Of a DNA stretch of 64,000 bases, positions 25,782-34,812 are shown in pieces (the first letter of the stretch is position 1; the number at the start of each line of letters is the position of its first letter). The notes under the pieces are model-generated. The model did no database searches and had not been told where the DNA came from. It worked only from the letters and a program-made list of their open reading frames with translations. Made by a program: the position numbers and the translations under genes. Origin of the DNA: an uncultured virus (IMG/VR IMGVR_UViG_3300027869_000007) (taxonomy: Duplodnaviria > Heunggongvirae > Uroviricota > Caudoviricetes); IMG/VR virus record IMGVR_UViG_3300027869_000007. One strand, given 5' to 3'.

Positions 25782-28695
25782 CGAACGCCTGCGCGTCCGC
25801 TGCGTTCATATCTGCCTGAATCGACCCGCCCTCAGCGTCAAGCTCCGAAGCGGTCGCCATGTCCTGTGACTCTTCCTCGGGACTAGTCACTCCGTCGCCG
25901 GTATCCCCGCCTTGGTCGGCTCCCTGGTCGGCTTGCTGCATAGCAACCTCTGGGTGAGCGATCGCGTAATCCAAATCGGCTTCTTGTGCTTTTGCCTCAA
26001 GCGCAGCTTGACGCTTCGTATCCTCAAGTTCTGCCGCAGCTTCCGCCGCCGCTTGTGCCTGATCAGACTTCTGCTGCACCAGGTCTTGCGCCGCTTGCTG
26101 TGCCGCTTGCTGTTGCTGCGCGATATTAGACTGTGTATCTGCAGCCGACTGGGCTAGAGCATTTGCCGCATCCTGTGCCGCCTGCGCTTCCTGTTGTTGT
26201 GCTTGCTCCTGTGCCTGTTGCGCTGCTGTCGCAGCGTCGGCTGCCGCTTGAGCAGCTTGGGTCTTATTGTAAAGATCGCGAAGAGCATTGTCCTGCTCCT
26301 GCGTCGCCCACGACGGCGCATTATCCGACTGCCAGAAGAACTGCCCTGTGTTCTGTGCTAACTGCAGCCCGGCAAAAGGCGTACTAGGAGCGCCGACGAG
26401 AGGCCCCCACGGAACCTTCGACTTATTATCGGTACGTCGCATCGAAACTAGATTAAGTGCCTGTAGACCTGCTTCACCTGCCTTTGCGGCTTCCAAAGCG
26501 TCATCGGAATCGTCGCCGTTGTAATATCTCCAACGGCCGCCGTCGATCCAGTATACGTGATGTGTATCTGGCATCAACCCGTACAGTGTAGCTGCCGAAC
26601 CAAACGAATGATCAGGAGCCAGCGGCGCTGCTCCGGGTCTAGGGTCTCCCTTAGAGAAGTCGTAGACCACACCGTCTGGTGGGACGTCATTCCACTTCGT
26701 CTGAGCGTCTGACGCAGAAAGCGTCTGATCGCGCGTAGGAGGGGTAAACGGCTGACTTGTATCAACAGACGTTGCAGCACTGGCTGCTGGAGCGTTAGGA
26801 TCTGGAGTACCGTCCATCAGATACCCTGGATTAGATGGATCAGGAGGGTTGTTTGTAGTAGCAGCAGCAGCCGCCCCCGGGGTCGTCAGAACTGCACTAG
26901 GATCTACGCCAAGAACCTCGGCAACGACATCACCAATAATGTCGGTCCAGCCGTCGTCGCCGACGATTTCAGTCCAATCGCCCGCAATGACCACCTTTGG
27001 GTTCAGCCTCTGCATTGCCGGCTTGACCTTAGCGCGCAGCTTATCCAGATCTTTACCGGCCTGAATAGCCTTGGCTGCCGCTTTCTTAGCATGATCAACA
27101 GCAGCCTTATGCTTGGCGATTGCGTTCGTGTGCTTCTGTACCGCTGCCTGCTGTACCGGCGTCAATGCTGCAGAAGTACCAAGAACGGTCGTGCCGTTCA
27201 CCTTTACTGGCGCGAGCGGGATAATGGTCTTGTGTGCTGACGGAACATACTGTGCCGCACGTGCTTTTGCATGTGTACCTGCCGCTATTGCATTTGCGGC
27301 TACAACCTTTGCGTTCTTCATACCGACAGCGTGCGGAGACTTCTTACCAGTCGGCTTAGCTGTTGGCACGTTAATACGCCCAAGCGGTGACTTATTACCG
27401 GGTGGACCCTTACGAGGACCTGCTGGCTTGGCAGCAGGCTTAACCGACGCACCAAGAATATCGCTACCAATTATGTAGTAATTCTGTTCCTGTGACTGCG
27501 GTGTAGCACGAAAGGAGACGATAGGTTCACCAAGATCGCTAGCGACCTGCTCACCAAGCATTGTCATATCAAGGTCACCTGCGCATCCGTCAGCAGGACC
27601 GCGCTGTGTTGCTTCATAGCCGATATCGTCACCTAGCATCGTTATATCTAGGTCTCCTGTCACGTTGTCATCAGAAGTCGCCATATCCGTATTACTCCCT
27701 TGGGTTTGAGAATTAGCTGAATAAAAACTAGGAACCGAAACAGGAATCACTGAAGGTTTTACATAAGAGCTATGTACACTCTGTGCGGCAGTAGCGTGTG
27801 CCTGAGCAGCTGCTAGAGCGTCTTGTGCAGCCTTATACGCGTCACTGGTCTTGTATGTCGACTTGTATTGAGCCAGATTTATCGGATCACCGTGCCCGAT
27901 ACCGAACGCATCGTGTAGCCAGTCTCCTAAAACCGTAGTCCACTTTCCCATTACCGTACTCCTTGACTGAGCAGCTGCTTGTTGTGCTAACGCTCCCTTG
28001 AGTTTCAACTGGGCCTGTTGATAAGCAGCTGACTTAAGAAATTCCTTTGGTAGCGGTTTAGGCCCGCTCGTCTGTCCTTGTGTTGCAGCTACTGCGCCTG
28101 GACTTTTTCCGTCTTCTGATGCTACATCGACGAAGACGATACGCTGAACGTCAGTAAGCGTCGCTCTCAGCCCGGACTGCGACACCAACTCTACCTTCGT
28201 CGGATTGTCGTAGGCGAACGACTGCATGCCGAGCGGATCTCCGCTTTGCACCCCCGCTGCTGGGATACGCTTTCCGCCGTAGACGTTAGCCTGTTGAACA
28301 GTCGGATCCTGATCGGGCGGCATACTACCAAGAGGCGCGCCTGTACGAGCAACCGCTACGACTTTTGGTCCAATAATCTTCACGCCACCAGAAGGAAGTC
28401 CGGGCTGGCCTCCTGCCCACTCAGGAAGCAATCCAGACTGCTGCTCAAGAGGCTGAAGACCTTTAGCCACGCCTCCCATTCCATAGGCGGTTAGAAGAAT
28501 ATTAGCGCCCGTGACACCTCCGCCAAAGGCTTGCTTACCGACGTCGCCCCAATCTACGCCGAGATAGTCAGGATCGGCGTCGGACCTAGTGACAAAGTCC
28601 TCAGTCAGACCAAGGACTTCGTCATCAAGCGGTGTAGAATTCTCACGGGGGAGCCCCGGAGAATTCCACATTACGGTGTTGTCTCGCTTGGACAT
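25768..28695 (-). CDS. Large virion protein / putative polyprotein with many tag copies
   Basis: 975 aa; basic, acidic and Q/A coiled-coil segments separated by h-h-G motifs. Confidence 0.7.
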   Translation of the reverse strand: MSKRDNTVMWNSPGLPRENSTPLDDEVLGLTEDFVTRSDADPDYLGVDWGDVGKQAFGGGVTGANILLTAYGMGGVAKGLQPLEQQSGLLPEWAGGQPGLPSGGVKIIGPKVVAVARTGAPLGSMPPDQDPTVQQANVYGGKRIPAAGVQSGDPLGMQSFAYDNPTKVELVSQSGLRATLTDVQRIVFVDVASEDGKSPGAVAATQGQTSGPKPLPKEFLKSAAYQQAQLKLKGALAQQAAAQSRSTVMGKWTTVLGDWLHDAFGIGHGDPINLAQYKSTYKTSDAYKAAQDALAAAQAHATAAQSVHSSYVKPSVIPVSVPSFYSANSQTQGSNTDMATSDDNVTGDLDITMLGDDIGYEATQRGPADGCAGDLDMTMLGEQVASDLGEPIVSFRATPQSQEQNYYIIGSDILGASVKPAAKPAGPRKGPPGNKSPLGRINVPTAKPTGKKSPHAVGMKNAKVVAANAIAAGTHAKARAAQYVPSAHKTIIPLAPVKVNGTTVLGTSAALTPVQQAAVQKHTNAIAKHKAAVDHAKKAAAKAIQAGKDLDKLRAKVKPAMQRLNPKVVIAGDWTEIVGDDGWTDIIGDVVAEVLGVDPSAVLTTPGAAAAATTNNPPDPSNPGYLMDGTPDPNAPAASAATSVDTSQPFTPPTRDQTLSASDAQTKWNDVPPDGVVYDFSKGDPRPGAAPLAPDHSFGSAATLYGLMPDTHHVYWIDGGRWRYYNGDDSDDALEAAKAGEAGLQALNLVSMRRTDNKSKVPWGPLVGAPSTPFAGLQLAQNTGQFFWQSDNAPSWATQEQDNALRDLYNKTQAAQAAADAATAAQQAQEQAQQQEAQAAQDAANALAQSAADTQSNIAQQQQAAQQAAQDLVQQKSDQAQAAAEAAAELEDTKRQAALEAKAQEADLDYAIAHPEVAMQQADQGADQGGDTGDGVTSPEEESQDMATASELDAEGGSIQADMNAADAQAFDEEG

Positions 28696-29819
28696 TAGAT
28701 CGACAAATTAAAGATCAATGACGCAAAGTTGTTACCTGCAGTTTGCGTCACCCTAACTGCGGCAATATAGGTTGCTAGTGGTACCGGTTCGAACATATAG
28801 GAACTTGAGGTTAATGTGAAGGTATAGGCTACGTTTCCATCTGAAAACAAAAACTCTATCAAAAACGAATCAGTGAAAGTAGGGCGCCACAACGTGACGC
28901 TCTTGGCAAACGCAGGGACGACGGTTGTGATGACTCCGGCAAAGTTATTAAGAGGCAAAAATATAGTTCGCGTTAACTGTGAAGTTCTAACAATAGGGTT
29001 AAAGCTAAGTTGACCGCCAAGTAGTATCTGAGGCGGAGGGCTAGGAAGAATCAAACCGGGGAAGGTGTCTAGCGCTACCTGAAGTGTGATCTGCGACGCA
29101 AAAACCGTGAACTGACATCCCAGGCCGATATCAACCTCTGCACGCGCGGCGTACGATCTGGTGCCGAACTGTACGATACCGTAAGGGCTAATAACCAATC
29201 CGCTGCCCATCGGAACAAATTCAAAGATAGGCTGAACAGGAGAGAACATAACCGAAACAGGACGAGTCTCTACATCCTCACCCGACCACTGTGCGACTTG
29301 CACAGGCGGAGCGTTTATGGCAATTGAGGCGTTACCTCCCATTAAGGCTCCGCCTACGCTTTCAGGGTTGACGTTCACATAAGGTGCTAGCTTACTTTGC
29401 TCCTCGTTCCTAATAGATTCTGCGCGGTGCAGTTGTGCCAGATCTGATACAGGACGGCCTTCGTTGTCATAAGCTGCAAGTTCCCTTTGTTCAAGACGGT
29501 GTTTAAACTCGTCTCCTAGTACGTCGTCTCCAGCCTCCTCTCGCTTAGACTCTAGTCCAACAGACTGCTCAAAATTAAGCGAATTTTCAACATATGGACG
29601 ATAGCCTGGAACACCGTCTTCGTCGGCTACCCATGGAAGATAAGGATCTTGATCGACCTCGACTGGAGAAAAGGCATCCAAGTCCTCGATGTCAGTATAG
29701 GCGCCATTATCAACTAGTGTAACAGTATCGCCGTCAGGACGAAAACGAGGATCTTCACCCGGGCGAGGTATAGATCCTACAGTACTCTTGCCGTCTAGTT
29801 CGTCTTCTTCGCGCGACAT
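28695..29819 (-). CDS. Virion protein: acidic N-terminal region plus all-beta C-terminal domain (minor capsid/vertex candidate)
   Basis: Residues ~160-374 show a hydrophobic beta-strand pattern; DDVLG tag. Confidence 0.55.
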   Translation of the reverse strand: MSREEDELDGKSTVGSIPRPGEDPRFRPDGDTVTLVDNGAYTDIEDLDAFSPVEVDQDPYLPWVADEDGVPGYRPYVENSLNFEQSVGLESKREEAGDDVLGDEFKHRLEQRELAAYDNEGRPVSDLAQLHRAESIRNEEQSKLAPYVNVNPESVGGALMGGNASIAINAPPVQVAQWSGEDVETRPVSVMFSPVQPIFEFVPMGSGLVISPYGIVQFGTRSYAARAEVDIGLGCQFTVFASQITLQVALDTFPGLILPSPPPQILLGGQLSFNPIVRTSQLTRTIFLPLNNFAGVITTVVPAFAKSVTLWRPTFTDSFLIEFLFSDGNVAYTFTLTSSSYMFEPVPLATYIAAVRVTQTAGNNFASLIFNLSI

Positions 29820-30944
29820 TTACACTCTTCCCTTCGCCTTGTTTGCTTCTGTCAGGCATTCTTTAGCCTTAGCTATCAACTCCACTCCACCTTCACAGTT
29901 AAGCAGTTCGTCCCGTTCAGCGCATGCTCTAGCGTTACCTTTGTCACACAACTGAAGGAGCATCATTACCGATGCGACTTCAGCATCGCCCTTAGGAGTT
30001 ACCAGCCCTACAAACGAACCTTGAAGCACCTCAGGACGAGCCATAAGTCCTGGCGCCGCCTGGCATAGTTGGGATACTAGAGCACCTCCGCCAAGTACCT
30101 GAGCTAGGGCAGGAAGCACTCCCATTACTGTGACTGGATCTACGCCGGCTTCCGAAGCATATTTAGCAACTTCGTCAGCGTGGCGCTCAGCAGGAGACGA
30201 AGTAGTCGCAATGCGAACTTTACCATCAGGACCACACAGTCTAATAGAACAAAAGATATCGCAACCGTCTTGCCACGCATCGACTTTGCCTTCACTTTCA
30301 GGATGCAGCGAAAGCGGTATTTTATCTCCTGCGTCCTTAGCTTTTTCGACCAGGTCTCCGATTAGTTCTGTAGCTCCAGCTTCTGTAGAGCCTGCGTCCT
30401 TAAGATGCTCCGTAAAAGCATCTTCTAAACGCTGTACTCGACCATGTCCGTGATTATCAGAAACATGATCAGCAACATTTGCTTCTAGTTGTTCTACACG
30501 AGACTCTAAAGTTGCAATATAAGGCGCTCTCTTAGAGTCCTTCCATTTTGCATAATTTGCTTCATCGTCAACACGCACGACTCTAGGAGGCGGAATAGCT
30601 GCTTTGAACTTTTGATAAAGCTTCTGTGTAATCGGAAACAGCGTCGAATCAGTCGGCGTAAACGGAGCCGGCGATGTCGTCGTAACAGGAACTTCCCCTA
30701 GTAACTCGCCAAGAAGATAAGCATCATCAAGAACTTCGCCTATATCTTTCCCTTGAGGCGCCGGTTCTACCGTTACAGGAGGCGGTGCAACACGAAGACG
30801 CTGCGCTTGCTTGATAATATCTCTAATCGAGCATTGAACAGCTTCTTTAGAAACCTTTGGCATAGACTTATCATCATCGTCGCCGAAAATTTCGGCAGCG
30901 TCGTAATGATCAGTATCGGCGCCTAGTGTTTCGTCATTTCTCAT
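29820..30944 (-). CDS. Virion protein with tag motifs
   Basis: AEIFGD, AYLLGELLGE, ELIGD. Confidence 0.6.
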   Translation of the reverse strand: MRNDETLGADTDHYDAAEIFGDDDDKSMPKVSKEAVQCSIRDIIKQAQRLRVAPPPVTVEPAPQGKDIGEVLDDAYLLGELLGEVPVTTTSPAPFTPTDSTLFPITQKLYQKFKAAIPPPRVVRVDDEANYAKWKDSKRAPYIATLESRVEQLEANVADHVSDNHGHGRVQRLEDAFTEHLKDAGSTEAGATELIGDLVEKAKDAGDKIPLSLHPESEGKVDAWQDGCDIFCSIRLCGPDGKVRIATTSSPAERHADEVAKYASEAGVDPVTVMGVLPALAQVLGGGALVSQLCQAAPGLMARPEVLQGSFVGLVTPKGDAEVASVMMLLQLCDKGNARACAERDELLNCEGGVELIAKAKECLTEANKAKGRV

Positions 30945-32525
30945 TTAGAAAATTCCATTAACTCTGCTATATAGATTGTTGGTTGATTCAAACCTATCAG
31001 TATTCCAGGCTTTTAGACCGTTAGGACCTGCTCTATGTAAAATAGCTAGAGCGCCTGATGCGCTCATATCTTCAGGAATACCACCGTCAGGAAGTGCGAT
31101 TTCTCCTGAACATAGTTTATTTGCGTAATCAACCATCGATTTAACTAGAGTCTTATATTGAAGCATCGGGTCGTTAAGAAACTTTTTTGCGCTTAACGGT
31201 GGTATAAAATCGCCTGTCCAGATTAGACGATTTGTCTTAGGATCTTTTGTATAAGACAGACTCATTACAAGACCCAAATCTGCTAACCGACGTGGCTTCA
31301 ATTCCCAAGCACCAAGCGCGTTACTCTTTGATACTGCACCCATTTTTGCCGTACGCATTTGATCGGCAAACTTCGTCCATGCTTCATCAGATACATCAGG
31401 CAAAGGACTCGGCAAAACATAACCAGGGACATCTCCGTGAATCCTTACAGCTGAAATGCGAGAAGAAGTCGGAACAGACGAACGAACTGCACTCACTCTA
31501 AAAGGCGACGAAGTTCTAGCGGCTGTAGTTCTCGCAACCGTACTTGGTGCAGCAGCCCGAGACATCATACCGCCTGTACTTGGCGTAAAAGACGAAATAC
31601 CTCCCTGCTGAAAAGTAGTCTTTACCTGTGAGGCTAGAGGTGCAAGAGGCGCAGGTGGTGCCTTAGGTGCCGCGACGATGATGTTACCTTGCTGATCCGT
31701 AGTAATTTGAGGACTATTAGGAGGTAAATAGGACTGTTGCGCCCAGTTTTCGAAACCTGGAACTACAGAAGGGCTATCGGCACCTCCTGCAGATGGTGTG
31801 GTAGTGGTACTAGTAGCACCTTCTGCTGCAAGTGAAGCTCTACCGGCTGCTGTAGCTGTTGATACAGTTGCTGCATGTTGCGCAGCAGTAAACGCAGGTG
31901 TTCCTGGCATAGAAGGCGCGGGGGGCGCGGGTTGGGGGTATAGCGGCTGTCCCGTTGCTGGATTTATCCACTGCCCGTTAGTGAACGTTGCAGGTGCAGG
32001 CTGCGGATAAATAGGTTGACCTGTAGCCGGATTCATCCACTGTTTGCTGTTTGGGTCAAACGTTGGAGGCGCAGGCTGAGGATAAGTAGGTTGACCTGTT
32101 AGTGGGTCAAGCCACTGCCCTGTTTGTGCATTCCATGTCGGCGGTAGACCTGATGAAGGCATAGGTCCGCCGTATCCGCCTCCTCCGCCTCCGCCACCTC
32201 CGCCGCTGTCGCCGCTGTCGCCGCCACCCCCTCCGTCGTCAAGTCCGTCGTCTCCGCCGCCTTCGTTGGCGACCGCAGCGTCCATCTCGGCGTTAGCATC
32301 GTAGCCATCACCCCCGTCACCGCCGCCGCCGTTGCTCCCGTCGTATGGAATCCCGCCATCATCAGGTGCTACAACCGCGCTATCGTCGGTGGCGCCTGCG
32401 TCGCCGTCACTAGACGAGTCGTCGGACGAGCCACTTTCGGCCGCGTCCATCTCCGCATTTGCAGTATCGGCAATATCTCCTGACAGGACGTCAGTTCCGA
32501 TGAGATATGCATCACGAAGCTTCAT
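30945..32525 (-). CDS. Low-complexity virion protein with C-terminal lysozyme-like domain candidate
   Basis: D/G-rich N-terminus; 3x W.[DN]P.TGQP.YPQPAP; C-terminal ALGAWEL..LADLG..FLNDP..Q..SGALAILHRAG. Confidence 0.55.
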   Translation of the reverse strand: MKLRDAYLIGTDVLSGDIADTANAEMDAAESGSSDDSSSDGDAGATDDSAVVAPDDGGIPYDGSNGGGGDGGDGYDANAEMDAAVANEGGGDDGLDDGGGGGDSGDSGGGGGGGGGGYGGPMPSSGLPPTWNAQTGQWLDPLTGQPTYPQPAPPTFDPNSKQWMNPATGQPIYPQPAPATFTNGQWINPATGQPLYPQPAPPAPSMPGTPAFTAAQHAATVSTATAAGRASLAAEGATSTTTTPSAGGADSPSVVPGFENWAQQSYLPPNSPQITTDQQGNIIVAAPKAPPAPLAPLASQVKTTFQQGGISSFTPSTGGMMSRAAAPSTVARTTAARTSSPFRVSAVRSSVPTSSRISAVRIHGDVPGYVLPSPLPDVSDEAWTKFADQMRTAKMGAVSKSNALGAWELKPRRLADLGLVMSLSYTKDPKTNRLIWTGDFIPPLSAKKFLNDPMLQYKTLVKSMVDYANKLCSGEIALPDGGIPEDMSASGALAILHRAGPNGLKAWNTDRFESTNNLYSRVNGIF

Positions 32526-33736
32526 TATCGTCCCCTAAGAAGTCCAGTATGGGCAAGGACCCGACTATCATAATCATCATCGAAATTTTCATCAAAATCA
32601 ATAAATTCGTCTGGAATATTACCGTGCGACCAGGGGCCTAGACCTCGGTTATGGTCGGAGCCTAAGACGTCTTCTACCGACGAAAGAGCAGAATCGAGAG
32701 AAGGAGTGCTTTTACCGGCGTTTTTTCTTGCTGCGGCAGCCTTAACCATTTCTACTCGTTCTGCGTTGGCTCTTATTTGTTCGTCTCTATCGGCTTTTCG
32801 ATCAGCGCCTCCCATGCCTAGTAATAGCGACGGGTCTTCTAGTGAGTTATCAGGCCAACGAACTACTACGTGGTAGGTATAACCGCCGTCGAGACGGCGA
32901 CGCCAGACGATATATGGTGAAGCTTCGATTCCATTTTGGCGGAGTTCGGCGGCACGCCAGGTAGCGACATTGTCACAGTTATGTGTAACTACATCGCTTT
33001 CTGGTAGCCAAAAAGTTCCTGTTGAAGTTGTAATATCAACACATTCTCGTATTCTAGACGGTTCAATACCTACTATTTCAACATGAGAATCTCTTATTTT
33101 TAGAATGTCACCGACTCTAAGTCTATCGGCTCGTACAGCATCAAAACTTGTGACCATATGTCTATGATCAAGAGATGAAATTAGACGCTTTTTATTCGAT
33201 AAATAGAAAGTCAGTGTTGGTTTTTGTGAACGTTCCCAGACCTTTGTTACTGTAGCTTTATTACTATTTTTATCTGATAACACATCACCGACTTTAATTT
33301 CTCCAATAGGACAGTCTATAAAACTGTCTTTGTCGTATCTCCTTACTAAAGTCTCTATCGGAAGACAATCTCCCTTACCGTTCTCTATGATCCTGCCAAT
33401 ATCACGAAAACGCTCGCCACCTAAAACCTGTTGAATTAAGTCTAAGATAGCTGCAATCTGCGGCTCCTTTGCTTTTGAGCCGAGTGCGGCGCGCAGCGCG
33501 GCCACTTCCTCACACTCACCGCCAAACTGTGCTGGACGTTCGTAGACCACACCAGACTGATAAAGAAGTGGGGTATCTGGGTGATCAACCAGATAGGCTT
33601 GATCCCGACGAGTCAGTGCTTCTAGGAGCCACGTCAAATCAGTGCGCGCGAGGGTCTTGTCGTCGCCTCTGTTGAACAAGGAAAGGTCGAATGTTACGAA
33701 TCTTAACATGGGTTTAGCTCGGTTTCGGCTGCTCAA
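32525..33736 (-). CDS. Transglutaminase-like cysteine protease precursor containing an intein
   Basis: After removing residues 124-253: GKGD-CDNVATWRAAEL...YHVVVRW...EDPS (Cys-His-Asp triad pattern). Confidence 0.8.
   Translation of the reverse strand: MSSRNRAKPMLRFVTFDLSLFNRGDDKTLARTDLTWLLEALTRRDQAYLVDHPDTPLLYQSGVVYERPAQFGGECEEVAALRAALGSKAKEPQIAAILDLIQQVLGGERFRDIGRIIENGKGDCLPIETLVRRYDKDSFIDCPIGEIKVGDVLSDKNSNKATVTKVWERSQKPTLTFYLSNKKRLISSLDHRHMVTSFDAVRADRLRVGDILKIRDSHVEIVGIEPSRIRECVDITTSTGTFWLPESDVVTHNCDNVATWRAAELRQNGIEASPYIVWRRRLDGGYTYHVVVRWPDNSLEDPSLLLGMGGADRKADRDEQIRANAERVEMVKAAAARKNAGKSTPSLDSALSSVEDVLGSDHNRGLGPWSHGNIPDEFIDFDENFDDDYDSRVLAHTGLLRGR
32978..33367 (-). mobile_element. Mini-intein (130 aa, no homing endonuclease)
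   Basis: Starts CLPIETLV; IGEIKVGD; block B SSLDHRH; block F VDITT; ends VVTHN followed by Cys+1; DNA more AT-rich than flanks. Confidence 0.9.
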
Positions 33737-33983
33737 AGTTGGTACGACTGAATATCCTCAATTTTCTTTCTGCGGATCCTTATATTCTCTCGTAAGTAAT
33801 CAACACCTACCTCTAATAGACGAACGGCGCCAACGTTGTTTTCCCGCTGGCGCCGTTCCTTTTTCCTATGACGTCTTGATGTCTTTTTCTCGATGCGTCA
33901 TTCTGCTCTTTACTTGCCTACATGCTCATAAATAACGCTTTTCGATGACGTCTTTTTTCTAGTCTAAGTACTTGAAACTTCGA

Positions 33984-34538
33984 TTAAAGAACGGCCTTGC
34001 CGAACACTGTCATATCGAAGGTGCAAGTCTCTGCGAAGCTAACCGTGATGCTGATGCTAAGCGCCTTTTCACAGGTGTCCCACTTAATGCCGTTGCCCAG
34101 TGCGTTATTAGCGAAGAACGCAGTCAGGGTCGAACCCGCGTTCGCCGGACGCTGCGACTTCTGACCAACGAAGATCGCCTGGATACGGGTACCAAGACCG
34201 GCCGTAGTGCCGGTATCGGTCGCCATGACCTTCTCACCACGGAACAGAACCTGAGGATTCACGACAATCGTAGTCGACGTTCCTGCAGTTCCCGAGACAG
34301 GGCCGAAATCGACCTGCCAATCACGAGCCTTCGTGTTCGGCGTCTTGTGGAGCATAGGACGCGAAGCAGCCGCCCTGCGCGCAGCGTACTGCGCGAAAGC
34401 CGGAGACTTCTGCACCATCTCACCAAGAATCTCGAACGCACTTTCCTTATCTAGACCCGCGACGGTCGCCCCGCCACGCAGCTGCTCACCGACAATGTCG
34501 GTCCAGCCATCATCGCCAATTACCAACTCACCAGCCAT
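33984..34538 (-). CDS. Candidate major capsid protein (small, single jelly-roll-like)
   Basis: 184 aa; N-terminal tagged arm then ~110 aa of alternating beta strands; strongly biased codons; strong RBS (GGAG); near the head of the structural operon. Confidence 0.5.
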   Translation of the reverse strand: MAGELVIGDDGWTDIVGEQLRGGATVAGLDKESAFEILGEMVQKSPAFAQYAARRAAASRPMLHKTPNTKARDWQVDFGPVSGTAGTSTTIVVNPQVLFRGEKVMATDTGTTAGLGTRIQAIFVGQKSQRPANAGSTLTAFFANNALGNGIKWDTCEKALSISITVSFAETCTFDMTVFGKAVL

Positions 34539-34812
34539 TGTTTTTTCTCCGCGCTACTATTTAAGTAGTCGCTTTCATTCACGTTTTCTACTGAGGGTGC
34601 AACATGCACCAACAGTGTTCCTCGTCGCGTTGTTCTGCGAACGAAGCTTCTAACAGCTCGGCGACGACTCCGACCAGGCTCACCTAGTCGATTCAATCCC
34701 GAGGCACTACTGGTTAGGGTCTGTCGACTCGATCAACCGACACGTAACCACATCTATTTTTGAACCCGTCTGGAAAGTTCTCGGCATCGCCGACCCAGAC
34801 GGGCTCTTCTAA

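Noticed and set aside
25768..28695. Tape measure protein call
   Set aside because: No neighbouring tail tube, chaperone or baseplate genes, and the protein is a mosaic of low-complexity blocks.
6949..33736. Lasso-peptide pathway (AsnB-like cyclase plus transglutaminase-like protease plus Gly-containing leaders)
   Set aside because: The AsnB keeps its N-terminal Cys glutaminase domain and sits among glycosyltransferases about 24 kb from the protease. No RRE/PqqD domain is visible, and the tagged proteins are large or membrane-bound.
702..34653. Numerous plus-strand ORFs in the left arm and minus-strand ORFs in the right arm
   Set aside because: Antisense shadows of longer, translationally coupled genes on the other strand.
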